From a virus, in the IMG/VR virus record IMGVR_UViG_3300042504_002519, positions 1-64,000 of that record: a stretch of 64,000 bases of DNA; one strand, 5' to 3'. The notes beneath the pieces are model-generated. The model did not search any database. It worked only from the letters and a program-made list of their open reading frames with translations, and was not told the origin of the DNA. Below, in pieces: positions 26,703 through 35,825 of this stretch (positions are counted from its first letter, which is position 1; each line of letters starts with the position of its first letter). The position numbers and the translations under genes are program-made.

Positions 26703-27880
26703 TAGAATGTCCCTCCATCAATGATTGTGGCCCAGGAGATTGTATCGGTAGCGGCATCATAGGCTAGGATGCCATCAACACTGCCACCGCCATCTAGAGC
26801 GCTGATCGTGTCTACCGTATTGGCAACCAGGACAGCACCCTTGGGGATAGTAGTCAAGCCAGTGCCGCCATAAATAGCAGGAATGACTGAGCCATTCCAT
26901 ATACCAGTGGTGATGGTGCCAACGCTGGTCAGGCTGGAAGCCGTGACGCCAGAGCCCAGGGCGCTAGAGCTAAGGACGGATGTACCATTGATGTAAAACG
27001 CTTTGCCAGTCAGTAGGTTTAGATGTTCACTACTGGTCCAGGCGTCGGTTGCATCCACCCAGTTGAAGGTTTTGTCAGTGGTGCCCTTAAGGGTGATCCC
27101 GCCGCCATCTGCACCGGCATCCGTGGGAGAGGCCACATCACCCAGGACAAAGTTTTTATCGTCAATGGTGACGGTCGTGCTGTTGATCGTGGTGGTGGTG
27201 CCATTGACGGTTAGATCGCCTGTGACGGTGACATTGCTGCCAAAGGTGACGGGCTGGGTCGCCTGGGCCATCTGGTCTAATCGACTGGTCCGCACCTGGG
27301 TGTCGAAGTCGCTGATCTTAGCCGCTGTCAATGCAGGAATATCCTCCGCTACCAATGCCCTAAATGTGGGTGCTGCATTGGCCCCGGTCGTAGGTCCAGC
27401 AAACACTTGGTTGGCGGCTTGAGTAGCTAGGGCCGCCGTTAGGGTGCCGCTGGCCGTAACAGGCGATCCGGTGACGGTGAACAAGTTGGGAAGTGATAGT
27501 CCTACACTGGTGACGCTACCACCCCCGGCAGCAGACACCACCGATTTGACGTAGGCTGTAGTGGCCAGTCGGGTAGAGTCATCGCTCGACGCCTGGGTGA
27601 CGCCTGTAGCACTGTTAGTGCCGGTGCCAGAGAAAACACAGGGTCCAGAAAAGGTTTTCGTGCCAGTGACGGTCTGAGTTGTTCCCAGGGTGGTGTAGGC
27701 ACCAGGGCCAGCAATGGCGTCAATCTGGCTAGCGGTCCCGTTTTCGCCGCCAGTACCTTTACCATAGTACAGAGTATTGTCAGCCTCGTTATAGGCTAGC
27801 TCAGCGTTGGCTAAGACAAGACCCTGAACCCCAAGAGCACCCGTAGAGGCGCGTCGTTTAATTCGGATGATATTAGACAT
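26702..27880 (-). CDS. Tail fibre-like protein
   Basis: IRIKR..ELAYNEADNTLYYG N-terminus, GDLTVNGTTTTINSTTVTIDD, C-terminal IDGGTF. Confidence 0.7.
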   Translation of the reverse strand: MSNIIRIKRRASTGALGVQGLVLANAELAYNEADNTLYYGKGTGGENGTASQIDAIAGPGAYTTLGTTQTVTGTKTFSGPCVFSGTGTNSATGVTQASSDDSTRLATTAYVKSVVSAAGGGSVTSVGLSLPNLFTVTGSPVTASGTLTAALATQAANQVFAGPTTGANAAPTFRALVAEDIPALTAAKISDFDTQVRTSRLDQMAQATQPVTFGSNVTVTGDLTVNGTTTTINSTTVTIDDKNFVLGDVASPTDAGADGGGITLKGTTDKTFNWVDATDAWTSSEHLNLLTGKAFYINGTSVLSSSALGSGVTASSLTSVGTITTGIWNGSVIPAIYGGTGLTTIPKGAVLVANTVDTISALDGGGSVDGILAYDAATDTISWATIIDGGTF

Positions 27881-28131
27881 TAAAAATTACCTCCATCGGT
27901 AAGAGTGGCTTTGGTCGTTTGGTCAGTGATAGTCAATTGTCCATTACCCCAAATCGGCACCGATCCATTGACAGGATTGGTGGTGGTGATGACTAGGTTG
28001 GGCGGCAGCCCCAGAGCCGTTTTAAGCTGCGCCAGGGTGGCATAACCTAGACTGCTGCCGATGCTGGTGCCATCGGTAACAAGGGCATGGGTGGGGATAG
28101 CGACCTGTTGGCGTAGGGGTTTGTTACTCAT
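27880..28131 (-). CDS. Small fibre-associated protein
   Basis: C-terminal DGGNF; coupled. Confidence 0.5.
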   Translation of the reverse strand: MSNKPLRQQVAIPTHALVTDGTSIGSSLGYATLAQLKTALGLPPNLVITTTNPVNGSVPIWGNGQLTITDQTTKATLTDGGNF

Positions 28132-28133
28132 GG

Positions 28134-28523
28134 CTAGCTCCAATAGACAAGGCCGCTGAGGCCAACGACAGGGATCGCTGGATTAGCTTCACCCACCGGC
28201 ACCCGATCAACAGCCGTCTGGGCAGAAATAGCAGGGTCGCCATCAGCGTCAAGCAGGTTGAACTCTTGCAGTAAAGTGCCATCCCGGTTGTATTGATAGG
28301 CTTTGCTTTGGCCGTAGTTGATTTGAAATCGCCCTGTAGTGAAAGCTTGGATCAACGACAGGCTAGTGGCTAGGCTAGCCCCAGTACTGCCTGAGTCGAG
28401 ATGATCGCTGATGAGCACATCCCAGACAGCACCCGCAATAGATGCGATACTCTCGGGAGTGAGGCCCCCTTCAGTTGGCCCGAAAAAGCCATCAGTGGCT
28501 AGTCGCAAGGGATCTAGGCTCAT
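28134..28523 (-). CDS. Hypothetical virion protein
   Basis: IAGAVWD motif; coupled. Confidence 0.5.
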   Translation of the reverse strand: MSLDPLRLATDGFFGPTEGGLTPESIASIAGAVWDVLISDHLDSGSTGASLATSLSLIQAFTTGRFQINYGQSKAYQYNRDGTLLQEFNLLDADGDPAISAQTAVDRVPVGEANPAIPVVGLSGLVYWS

Positions 28524-29044
28524 GGCTGCCTCGTGCTAGTGACGGTATTGCCGTCGTTTGTTTCGGCATGGACAATTTGAATGCCACCCTGGCCCAAGGT
28601 TTCGGTTACAGCCCCGGTCGTTAGGTTGCGAGTTCTGGTAACAGGGTTGGTAGTATCAAGCTGTGCCTTCCGCCATAGCTCGTTGAGCCTGGTGTTTTGC
28701 TCAGTGGTGAGGCCTGAGGCTGTGGTTAAAGTCCGGGTGACATAGGCCCAAACAGCAGCGCTAATCTCTGCTTCTGTCGGCAGTAGCTGAATAGCTGCCA
28801 GAATGGCGGCATCATCCGGCTTACTGCTAACCACATCAATTCCCAACAACCTTGCTCCAGCATTGGCAAACCAGCGTACCTCGCCGCCTGTATCCGGCAG
28901 CTCCACTGCAGCCCGCCAAATGCCATCGCCCAAGTGGGTGCCATTGGTCAGGTTGCCTAGGGTAGTGCCATCAAATAGGCGATATTGAATGCCCGCTGTG
29001 TAACGGGAACCCAGGCTAGCGATGCTGGTGATAGTTTGGGGCAT
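28520..29044 (-). CDS. Hypothetical virion protein
   Basis: ISAAVWAYVTRTLT motif; coupled. Confidence 0.55.
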   Translation of the reverse strand: MPQTITSIASLGSRYTAGIQYRLFDGTTLGNLTNGTHLGDGIWRAAVELPDTGGEVRWFANAGARLLGIDVVSSKPDDAAILAAIQLLPTEAEISAAVWAYVTRTLTTASGLTTEQNTRLNELWRKAQLDTTNPVTRTRNLTTGAVTETLGQGGIQIVHAETNDGNTVTSTRQP

Positions 29045-29343
29045 TAGGCGACTCCTATGGCAGTAATAGCGCCATCGGTGCGGGTAATGGTCTTGGTACG
29101 CACTACCGCAGGGCTGCGGGTGTAGTCAGTTTCGGTGATGCTGGTAATAGCGCCATTGGTGCGGGTGATGGCTTTGCGGTACAGCTCCGCCCCGCCATTG
29201 CTGACGTAGATGCTAATTTGCGTGATAGCGCCATTGGTGCGGGTGATGGTTTTGTAAAACGGTTCAGGCCGCAAGGAGACCAGCGGCAAAATGTTGGTGG
29301 TTTCCAGGTTGCCCGAACTGCCGAGCTGGACTGCCTTAGTCAT
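29044..29343 (-). CDS. Hypothetical virion protein with 3 internal KTITRTNGAIT repeats
   Basis: Repeats visible in both DNA and protein. Confidence 0.55.
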   Translation of the reverse strand: MTKAVQLGSSGNLETTNILPLVSLRPEPFYKTITRTNGAITQISIYVSNGGAELYRKAITRTNGAITSITETDYTRSPAVVRTKTITRTDGAITAIGVA

Positions 29344-29347
29344 GGCG

Positions 29348-29869
29348 TTATACCACTGTCAGCGTGATTGGTGGATCATTCTCAAAGACAATTGACGTAG
29401 GTGCGATTGCATTGCCAAGCCGCTGCAAGATAACGTTCGCGCCAGGGGTAGCAGGGGCGGTAGACGAAAATCCACCCGCAGCAGTAGCACTCAAGAACAC
29501 TGGGCCAACGGTGGCACCGGTGACAGCGGTATTGCGCCCAGATAGGTACACCGTGGCATTAGCAGGAGAAGTCACCCCCGTCAGTACATAGCCAATGGCA
29601 GGGCGATTGTTGCTTGCATCCGCCTTGCGGGCTTTGACAGTACCAGTGTCGTCAAAAACGTTTACAAAGTCGCCAGCGGTTAGATTTTCGCTGGTTGGCA
29701 GAAGCACTGTTTGAAGCTCAACACCAGGTGGCAGAAAGGTGGTATCTAGCAGACCCGAGCTATTGGTAGCGATCAGCTTGTTGGCATCGCCTGCCCCAGC
29801 ACTGCTGCTAGGTGCCTCAGTCAAGGTAGGGGTGCCGCTTACAACGGTTAAAAACTTTTTCGTCGTCAT
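29348..29869 (-). CDS. Capsid cement/fibre-like protein
   Basis: ENLTAGDFV..KADAS..AIG..FLS motifs. Confidence 0.55.
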   Translation of the reverse strand: MTTKKFLTVVSGTPTLTEAPSSSAGAGDANKLIATNSSGLLDTTFLPPGVELQTVLLPTSENLTAGDFVNVFDDTGTVKARKADASNNRPAIGYVLTGVTSPANATVYLSGRNTAVTGATVGPVFLSATAAGGFSSTAPATPGANVILQRLGNAIAPTSIVFENDPPITLTVV

Positions 29870-29873
29870 GGGG

Positions 29874-30272
29874 TTAGGCTCCTAAGAATATGGGAGAAGG
29901 TGGTTGAAGGTTAATCGTCGTAGCTGAGACTGGCTGGGCCAGCACTAGCAAAAAGCCCGTGGTGGGTGGCGACTGGGTAAGCTGGCCATTGGTGCCCAGG
30001 TAAATGGGGCTGCCACGGGTCCAGTTCCACACAGCATCGCTAATTTCCCCTAGCCGGTAGGCTACGCCTTCAGCCCCTTGGCTGATCGCATAGGGCAAGA
30101 TGCCAGCAACTCGGTAGGCATGGCTGGAGGTGCTGCTGTCTGCATAGGCAAACTGGCCTGCATTGTCGAGGATTACCGCCCTGATGGCCGATAGGTTGAT
30201 GCTGGCGGTGGCAGTGGTGACCGCATCGCCAAGATCGGGGAGTAGTGAAACTGGCAGGTAGACAACGCCCAT
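29874..30272 (-). CDS. Capsid cement/fibre-like protein
   Basis: WNWTRGSPIYLGTNGQLTQSPPTTGF. Confidence 0.55.
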   Translation of the reverse strand: MGVVYLPVSLLPDLGDAVTTATASINLSAIRAVILDNAGQFAYADSSTSSHAYRVAGILPYAISQGAEGVAYRLGEISDAVWNWTRGSPIYLGTNGQLTQSPPTTGFLLVLAQPVSATTINLQPPSPIFLGA

Positions 30273-30280
30273 AGCTCCTC

Positions 30281-30715
30281 CTATAGCACCAATGCGGTAA
30301 TGTCGTCAGCCTTGGCGTTGAGTGTATCCACACTCGCCTGGCTAGCCTTGGTGTCCACGCTGGCCTGAGTCGCTAGGCCCGATAGCTGCGTGTCCATATT
30401 GGCGCTAGCCAGCCCCAGGGCGGCGCGGATACCTGCGGCCTGGTCTGCTTGGTTGGGCGCGGGTTCAATCGCTACGGCACTCAGGAACGCCCCTGCCGCT
30501 CCTGCATTGTTCAAATACCATTCCAGCGTCCCGCCATCGTCAGGGGCGCTTATACCGCCATTCACCCGGTAATAGCCAGTAGCAGAAACCTCCGCTACCC
30601 CTGTGGTGGTAAAGGCTGTGGCAATGGTCGTGCCATCGACCGCACGGATAAGATAACCAACGCTTTGGCTAGCTCGAGTGGGGGCGACAAGGGCGGCGGG
30701 GATGACTTGGGTCAT
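30281..30715 (-). CDS. Hypothetical virion protein
   Basis: Operon position. Confidence 0.5.
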   Translation of the reverse strand: MTQVIPAALVAPTRASQSVGYLIRAVDGTTIATAFTTTGVAEVSATGYYRVNGGISAPDDGGTLEWYLNNAGAAGAFLSAVAIEPAPNQADQAAGIRAALGLASANMDTQLSGLATQASVDTKASQASVDTLNAKADDITALVL

Positions 30716-31014
30716 GGCTCATTCTCTGGCCATTGGGGCATTGGGTGGTGAACTTTAATCGCTTCCAGCAAGGCACAAAAAGCCGTAAAGGGTTGTGTCT
30801 GAAATCGCTCGGCAAGTTCAGCAAAACCAGGAAATGCCAGGGCAGCTTGATCGGCGGCGTCTAGAGAAGGATAGTTACGTTCAAATCCTTGCTGTAACGG
30901 GCCAACAATGGGCGGCTCACCCTCAAAGGTGGCTACTCGACGCCAGTAGCTTTGCATAGAGATAGCGCCTGAGGGAATGGCAATGTCAGCCTGAAATCTC
31001 GAAAGTTGTTCCAT
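30712..31014 (-). CDS. Hypothetical protein (possible fibre chaperone)
   Basis: Follows a fibre-like gene. Confidence 0.45.
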   Translation of the reverse strand: MEQLSRFQADIAIPSGAISMQSYWRRVATFEGEPPIVGPLQQGFERNYPSLDAADQAALAFPGFAELAERFQTQPFTAFCALLEAIKVHHPMPQWPENEP

Positions 31015-31016
31015 AG

Positions 31017-31844
31017 TTAAGTTTTCACTTTAATAACGTTGCCGTCTCGCCATAGGTCACCGACGGCTATTGAGGCGTCTGAAGTAGGCAAATTAGCAAA
31101 ATTTATCTTTGAGCCCCCCACGTTTAGGTTTTGAGCAATACCTACCCCACCGGCTACGGTCATAGCTCCTGTAGTTGTCGAAGTACTTGAAGTGGTAGCG
31201 TAGTTAATGAAAGTTGCCGCCGTCATCCTGTAAACGAGAGATGTTGAATCCCTGCTAAGAGGGATTAAATACCAATCTGCTGCCATTGCTACACGGTTAT
31301 TAGGATCCCCTGGAGCTGCTGTAGTCAAGGCAGTAAAGATCAAAGATGCTCCCCCTCCGCTCCACTCCTCAAATCCCCTAGGGCGTGCAGCAAAAACAAA
31401 TATCCAATCATCAGCTAGCACCCCGGAAGGATTTGAGATGCTTCCTCTCGCCCTTCTCCCCTCAAATCCAGTATGCGAGAAATAAAAGTCGCTGTTGTAT
31501 ACCTCAGCCAGAAAACTGTTAAGGGGTCTATTACTTTGAGAAAAAAACGGCAATTCAGAGTTTAGAACAGAAATTGCAGTTGTCTGGGGATTTGCAGGGG
31601 AAACAGCGACCGACCCCAATCCGCTTAAATTGCCCCCAGTAATGGCTACCGCATTAGCATTTTGAGCCGACATAGTCCCCAGGGTAGGCGCACCGCTCAG
31701 ACTGGAATAGGGAAGTAGGGATATTACCCACTTCCCTAGAGAGCTATTCCAGATTAACGGGTAGCCATTCTGGCCAACCTCAGGGTTCACCGATACGTCG
31801 GTCAGTTCCTTGAGTTGCGAGGGGGACAGATACGCTGTAGGCAC
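31017..31844 (-). CDS. Tail fibre-like protein
   Basis: LGTMSAQNANAVAITGG, STSTTTGAMTVAGGVGIAQNLNVGG, NLPTSD..GDLWRDG; AT-rich. Confidence 0.6.
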   Translation of the reverse strand: MPTAYLSPSQLKELTDVSVNPEVGQNGYPLIWNSSLGKWVISLLPYSSLSGAPTLGTMSAQNANAVAITGGNLSGLGSVAVSPANPQTTAISVLNSELPFFSQSNRPLNSFLAEVYNSDFYFSHTGFEGRRARGSISNPSGVLADDWIFVFAARPRGFEEWSGGGASLIFTALTTAAPGDPNNRVAMAADWYLIPLSRDSTSLVYRMTAATFINYATTSSTSTTTGAMTVAGGVGIAQNLNVGGSKINFANLPTSDASIAVGDLWRDGNVIKVKT

Positions 31845-32015
31845 TACTCCAGCCCTCCATTTAGTCCAAATTTAGTCCATCCGTAACTACCCAAACTCAC
31901 AACCCCCACTACACAGGGGTTCTGTGGCGTTGAATAGTTGCGGGGAGAGCAGCTAGTACCCATGTTCGTATCTATGGCCCTACTTTTCCTGTTCACTCCT
32001 CCATAGTGTGCCCAA

Positions 32016-32115
32016 TGTGCCAGTTGCGATGTGCCAGTTAGGTTATCGCAAGAATGGATCCACTTTGCCGTAACTTGTGCCAGTTGACTGTGCCAACCAA
32101 CCTATGTGCCAGTTG
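32016..32115 (+). repeat. Cluster of five TGTGCCA(GTT) direct repeats
   Basis: Copies at about 32016, 32030, 32076, 32090, 32105 in a roughly 480-bp non-coding region upstream of a recombinase. Confidence 0.8.
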
Positions 32116-32332
32116 AGCAAGCCAAGCTAAGCCGGTTTTCGTTCTCACCATTCCCAATGTGAGACACTGTAACGAGGTTTCAAGGGTTTCAGCCTGTCTC
32201 ACGCTGTCTTACGGGCTCAAAGCCACTACCAGCGGCTAGGATGGCGTAAATTCGTTATTTTTACCTTATAAAATACAAATTAGTTAAGGTAGAATGGTTT
32301 TGAACTGGCACACTTACAAAGGACGATCACCC

Positions 32333-32875
32333 ATGGCGGGACAAGCCAAAGTATTAACCCAAGATGAGATAGACACACTCCTATACCATTGCTCCAGTCC
32401 TCGGGACCGGGCCTTGATCGGGTGCATGTTATTTTGTGGCCTGCGAGTAGCCGAAGCGGTGGCCCTCAGTCCGAGTGATATAAAAGGAGGGATGCTTGTA
32501 CTACCCAAAGCGAAGACCAAGGGCAAGCTAGCCAGCCGGTCCATTCCGGTGCATCCTAGCCTAATGCTGTTGCTGCAACAATACGGTCCACCCCAGGGCG
32601 AGTACCTATTCCCTGGCCGTCATGGCCGGGGCCACCTGCACCCCGCCAGCGCCAGCCAGGTGATCCAAGACTGCCTTACCCTAGCAGGCCTCTGCGGGCT
32701 GGGCATCACCACCCATAGCTTCAGGCGCACCGCCCTGACCAAGTTGAGCAATGCCGGCGTCCCCCTGCGGGTGATCCAACAGATCAGCGGCCACAAGAGC
32801 CTAGCCAGCCTGCAGTTGTACCTGCAAGTCACACCAGACCAGGTGGAATCGGCGGTGCTGGCAGCGTTTAGTTGA
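32333..32875 (+). CDS. Small tyrosine recombinase (catalytic domain only)
   Basis: GLRVAE, KTKGK, THSFRRT, SGH, LY. Confidence 0.9.
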   Translation: MAGQAKVLTQDEIDTLLYHCSSPRDRALIGCMLFCGLRVAEAVALSPSDIKGGMLVLPKAKTKGKLASRSIPVHPSLMLLLQQYGPPQGEYLFPGRHGRGHLHPASASQVIQDCLTLAGLCGLGITTHSFRRTALTKLSNAGVPLRVIQQISGHKSLASLQLYLQVTPDQVESAVLAAFS

Positions 32876-32931
32876 CTCCCACCATTGTGGGGCCTGCATC
32901 CCCTGGCCGAACCACTCCCACGCATGTGGGC
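32870..32931 (-). CRISPR. Two-repeat mini unit
   Basis: CCCACATGCGTGGGAGTGGTTC and CCCCACAATGGTGGGAGTCAAC, period about 39. Confidence 0.7.
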
Positions 32932-32961
32932 ACTCTGAGGCTAGAACTTGGGGGCTGCATT

Positions 32962-33129
32962 ATGCGGATCGAACTTACCTGGCTGCTGTATGCCGCCATA
33001 TTCCTGCAGGGTGCCTTATTTGCCTGGCTGTGGCAGCGCACCCGCATCATTATCCTAGAGCGGCGCTATAACCGAGTATACCGCACCTGCCTAAGACAGC
33101 GATGGGAACTACTCGACAAGCATCGCTGA
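32962..33129 (+). CDS. Small membrane protein
   Basis: N-terminal TM helix; late promoter motif at 32928. Confidence 0.45.
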   Translation: MRIELTWLLYAAIFLQGALFAWLWQRTRIIILERRYNRVYRTCLRQRWELLDKHR

Positions 33130-33417
33130 TCCGTCGCCAGCTAGCTGAGGCGGTGTCCCTGCTAGAACAGCACTGGCCAGCCCTGACGGCACAGCAGGCC
33201 CAGGCGCTACAGCGCATTTTGGCGAAGCTGGGGCCACTACCGTGAGCAGGCGTAGCCCGATCTGTTGCACCACCTCGGAGCGGCTCAGGCCGAGTTCCTT
33301 GGCAACCTGATCCAGGCCTTCCCAGGCCTCGTCAGTCATGCCTAGGCTTCTTTCTTTTTTACGGTGGCCCCAGAAGGCCTTGCGGGGGCGTAGGTTGGGG
33401 TAGATGATGTCTGGCAT
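33109..33417 (-). CDS. Ribbon-helix-helix (CopG-like) protein
   Basis: RSLGMTDEAWEGLDQVAKELGLSRSEVVQ. Confidence 0.7.
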   Translation of the reverse strand: MPDIIYPNLRPRKAFWGHRKKERSLGMTDEAWEGLDQVAKELGLSRSEVVQQIGLRLLTVVAPASPKCAVAPGPAVPSGLASAVLAGTPPQLAGDGSAMLVE

Positions 33418-33540
33418 AGGGGTTCTCCAATTTACCCCTACTATACAGCATGGCCAGCGGAAAGGCTAGGGGTATATTGACAAGCCGATATGGTGGGGGT
33501 ATAGTGGAATTGTTGAACCACTTACAGAGAGGACAAAGCT

Positions 33541-33749
33541 ATGAAAATCACTAGCACTCAGAACCGGGAACTCCATATTGCTGGAACCCTCAGGGGTCTT
33601 AAGCCCCTACCCTCAAATTTTGAGGGTACTGCCGTCGTCCGTGGGGAATTGGGTTCCCTTGATTGCGAAATATTTGACAATAAAAAACGTTAGTTGGTCA
33701 CGGTACCAACTGGTGTGACGGAAAAGGGTGGTACGTCTGGGCAATATAA
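33541..33749 (+). pseudogene. Frameshifted copy of the 2999..3208 gene
   Basis: A6 instead of A7 at about 33682 gives a stop after 50 aa. Confidence 0.7.
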
Positions 33750-33807
33750 CTTCCCTCCACCCACCACCCCCGCAGACCCCGGCCCCATGGCTGGGGTTTT
33801 TGTTTGC

Positions 33808-34380
33808 CTATAGCTTCCACACCCACAGCAGCAAGGCCGCTAGCCCGCCACTGGTGACCAGCATGATCCATTGCACAAATAGGCCTTGCTTTGTCCACCA
33901 GGCCCAGACGGCCTCCACCCATTCCGCCCACCATGGCCGGGCACCCCGGGGCGCATCGCCGGTTATTTCAGTGTGGTGGTCATGGCCATGGTCCTGCTTG
34001 ACTGGCTCAGTCATTAGCTTTGTCCCGCTAGTGTCGTCATCATCGTGGGATACCCGGTAGATCAGCCCGCCTAGCCAGAGCACATCATGCTCCATCAGGT
34101 CTAGCCATAGGCCAGGCTTTAGGGCCCTGCTATTGATATAGGTGCCATTGGTGCTAAATCCATCCTTCAGCTCCCACAGCCACACCCGTTCCCCCGCCTG
34201 GGTAACATCGGTGGCCCGTAGTTCGGCGTGTCGCTTCGAGAGTCGTGAGTCTATAATGTGAATATCGCATTGTGGATCCCGGCCAATACTCCACAGTCCA
34301 GCGGGGGGCGGCCAGGAACCATCCAGCACCCAGTAGGGGTGTTGGCCATCGACTGGGTGTAGGCAAAGTTTGCGGGTCAT
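33808..34380 (-). CDS. FHA-domain protein with C-terminal TM helix
   Basis: IGRDPQCDI..SRLSKRHA..STNGTYIN. Confidence 0.88.
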   Translation of the reverse strand: MTRKLCLHPVDGQHPYWVLDGSWPPPAGLWSIGRDPQCDIHIIDSRLSKRHAELRATDVTQAGERVWLWELKDGFSTNGTYINSRALKPGLWLDLMEHDVLWLGGLIYRVSHDDDDTSGTKLMTEPVKQDHGHDHHTEITGDAPRGARPWWAEWVEAVWAWWTKQGLFVQWIMLVTSGGLAALLLWVWKL

Positions 34381-34465
34381 GGCTATAGAATGCCCAGCCC
34401 ACCCAGCCTGGGGAATGCTGAGAATGTTGTCAGTCCCTACCCGGCCTAGGCCGGGTTTCCTGCCA

Positions 34466-35794
34466 ATGGCCACCCTCGGCGCACTAGAGCTAAGAGCAGA
34501 ATGGAAGAAATGGTTAGTCGCTAGCTATGCTGCGGTGCCGACCGACTCGGTGGACCTCGACAAGCTAGCCAGGAACCTGCTGCCCTGGGCCCAGCCATTG
34601 CTAGAGCCACGCCGGTATAAATGCCTATGGGGTGGCCGTGGCTCGGGTAAGTCCACCGCTGCGGCTGATGCGTTGCTGATCGAAGGGGCCCGGCGTAAGT
34701 GTCGGGTGCTATGCGCTAGGGAATTTCAGAATAGCTTGGCTGAGTCGGTGCATCAGCTATTGTGTGATCGCATCGAGGCGCTTGGCTTGCAGGACTGTTA
34801 CCGCATCCTAGATAGCGAGATCCGGGGCCCCCGGGGTACTCAATTTTTCTTTAAGGGCCTACGCCATAATGTGCGATCCCTCAAGTCCATTGCAGGTATT
34901 ACCCATGTCTGGGTGGAGGAGGCCCAGACCATCAGCCAGGAGTCTTGGGACATCCTAACGCCAACGGTACGGGCTTCGGGCTCTGAGATCTGGGTAACCT
35001 TCAACCCAGAGCAGGAGTCAGATACTATCTACCAACGCTTTGTCGTCAATGCTGAGGCCAGCGACTATGTTTGTCGGGTGAACTGGGACCAGAACCCTTA
35101 CTTCACCCCAGAGCTAGAGGATGAGCGCCAGCGGATGCTGCGCACCGACCCAGACCGTTATGACAACATATGGGAAGGCAACCCGATCCGGTTCAGCAAG
35201 GCCCAGGTATTCCATGGCAAGTGGGTGGTGGATGAATTTGAGCCTGGCGATGACTGGCAGGGGCCACACTTTGGCGCTGACTGGGGGTTTGGGCCAGATC
35301 CAACAGCGGCGATCAAGTGTTGGATCCATGAACGCCAGCTTTATATTGAACGCGAAAGCTATGCCTATGACCTGGCGCTGGATGAAATTGCTACCATCTG
35401 GAAGGTTGACGTTCCAGGCATTGCTACCTATCCAGTGCGGGCTGACAACTCCAGACCGGAGACCATCAAGCATGTCCGGGGCAAGGGCATCGCTGGCCTG
35501 ATAGCGGCTGACAAATGGCCCAATAGCATCAAAGACGGCATCGAATACCTACGCAGCTTCGACAAGATCATCATTCACCCACGCTGCAAAAACCTTAAAT
35601 TTGAGGCGATGAACTATAAGCGCAAGGTGGACCCCCATACCCAGGATGTACTACCCATCATCATTGACAAGCACCAGCACCTATGGGACTCATTGCGCTA
35701 TGCTTTGGATCCATTAATCCAGAACCGATCCACGCCGTTTGAGTACCGCACCGCCAAGTCGAAGCGGGTGGCCAGCCCCAAGCTAGGGTACTAG
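34466..35794 (+). CDS. Terminase large subunit (PBSX family)
   Basis: GGRGSGKS, CAREFQNS, WVEEA, TFNP, GADWG, HLWDSLRY. Confidence 0.95.
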   Translation: MATLGALELRAEWKKWLVASYAAVPTDSVDLDKLARNLLPWAQPLLEPRRYKCLWGGRGSGKSTAAADALLIEGARRKCRVLCAREFQNSLAESVHQLLCDRIEALGLQDCYRILDSEIRGPRGTQFFFKGLRHNVRSLKSIAGITHVWVEEAQTISQESWDILTPTVRASGSEIWVTFNPEQESDTIYQRFVVNAEASDYVCRVNWDQNPYFTPELEDERQRMLRTDPDRYDNIWEGNPIRFSKAQVFHGKWVVDEFEPGDDWQGPHFGADWGFGPDPTAAIKCWIHERQLYIERESYAYDLALDEIATIWKVDVPGIATYPVRADNSRPETIKHVRGKGIAGLIAADKWPNSIKDGIEYLRSFDKIIIHPRCKNLKFEAMNYKRKVDPHTQDVLPIIIDKHQHLWDSLRYALDPLIQNRSTPFEYRTAKSKRVASPKLGY

Positions 35795-35825
35795 GGCACC
35801 CTAGGGATAGCACTATGGAACCACC

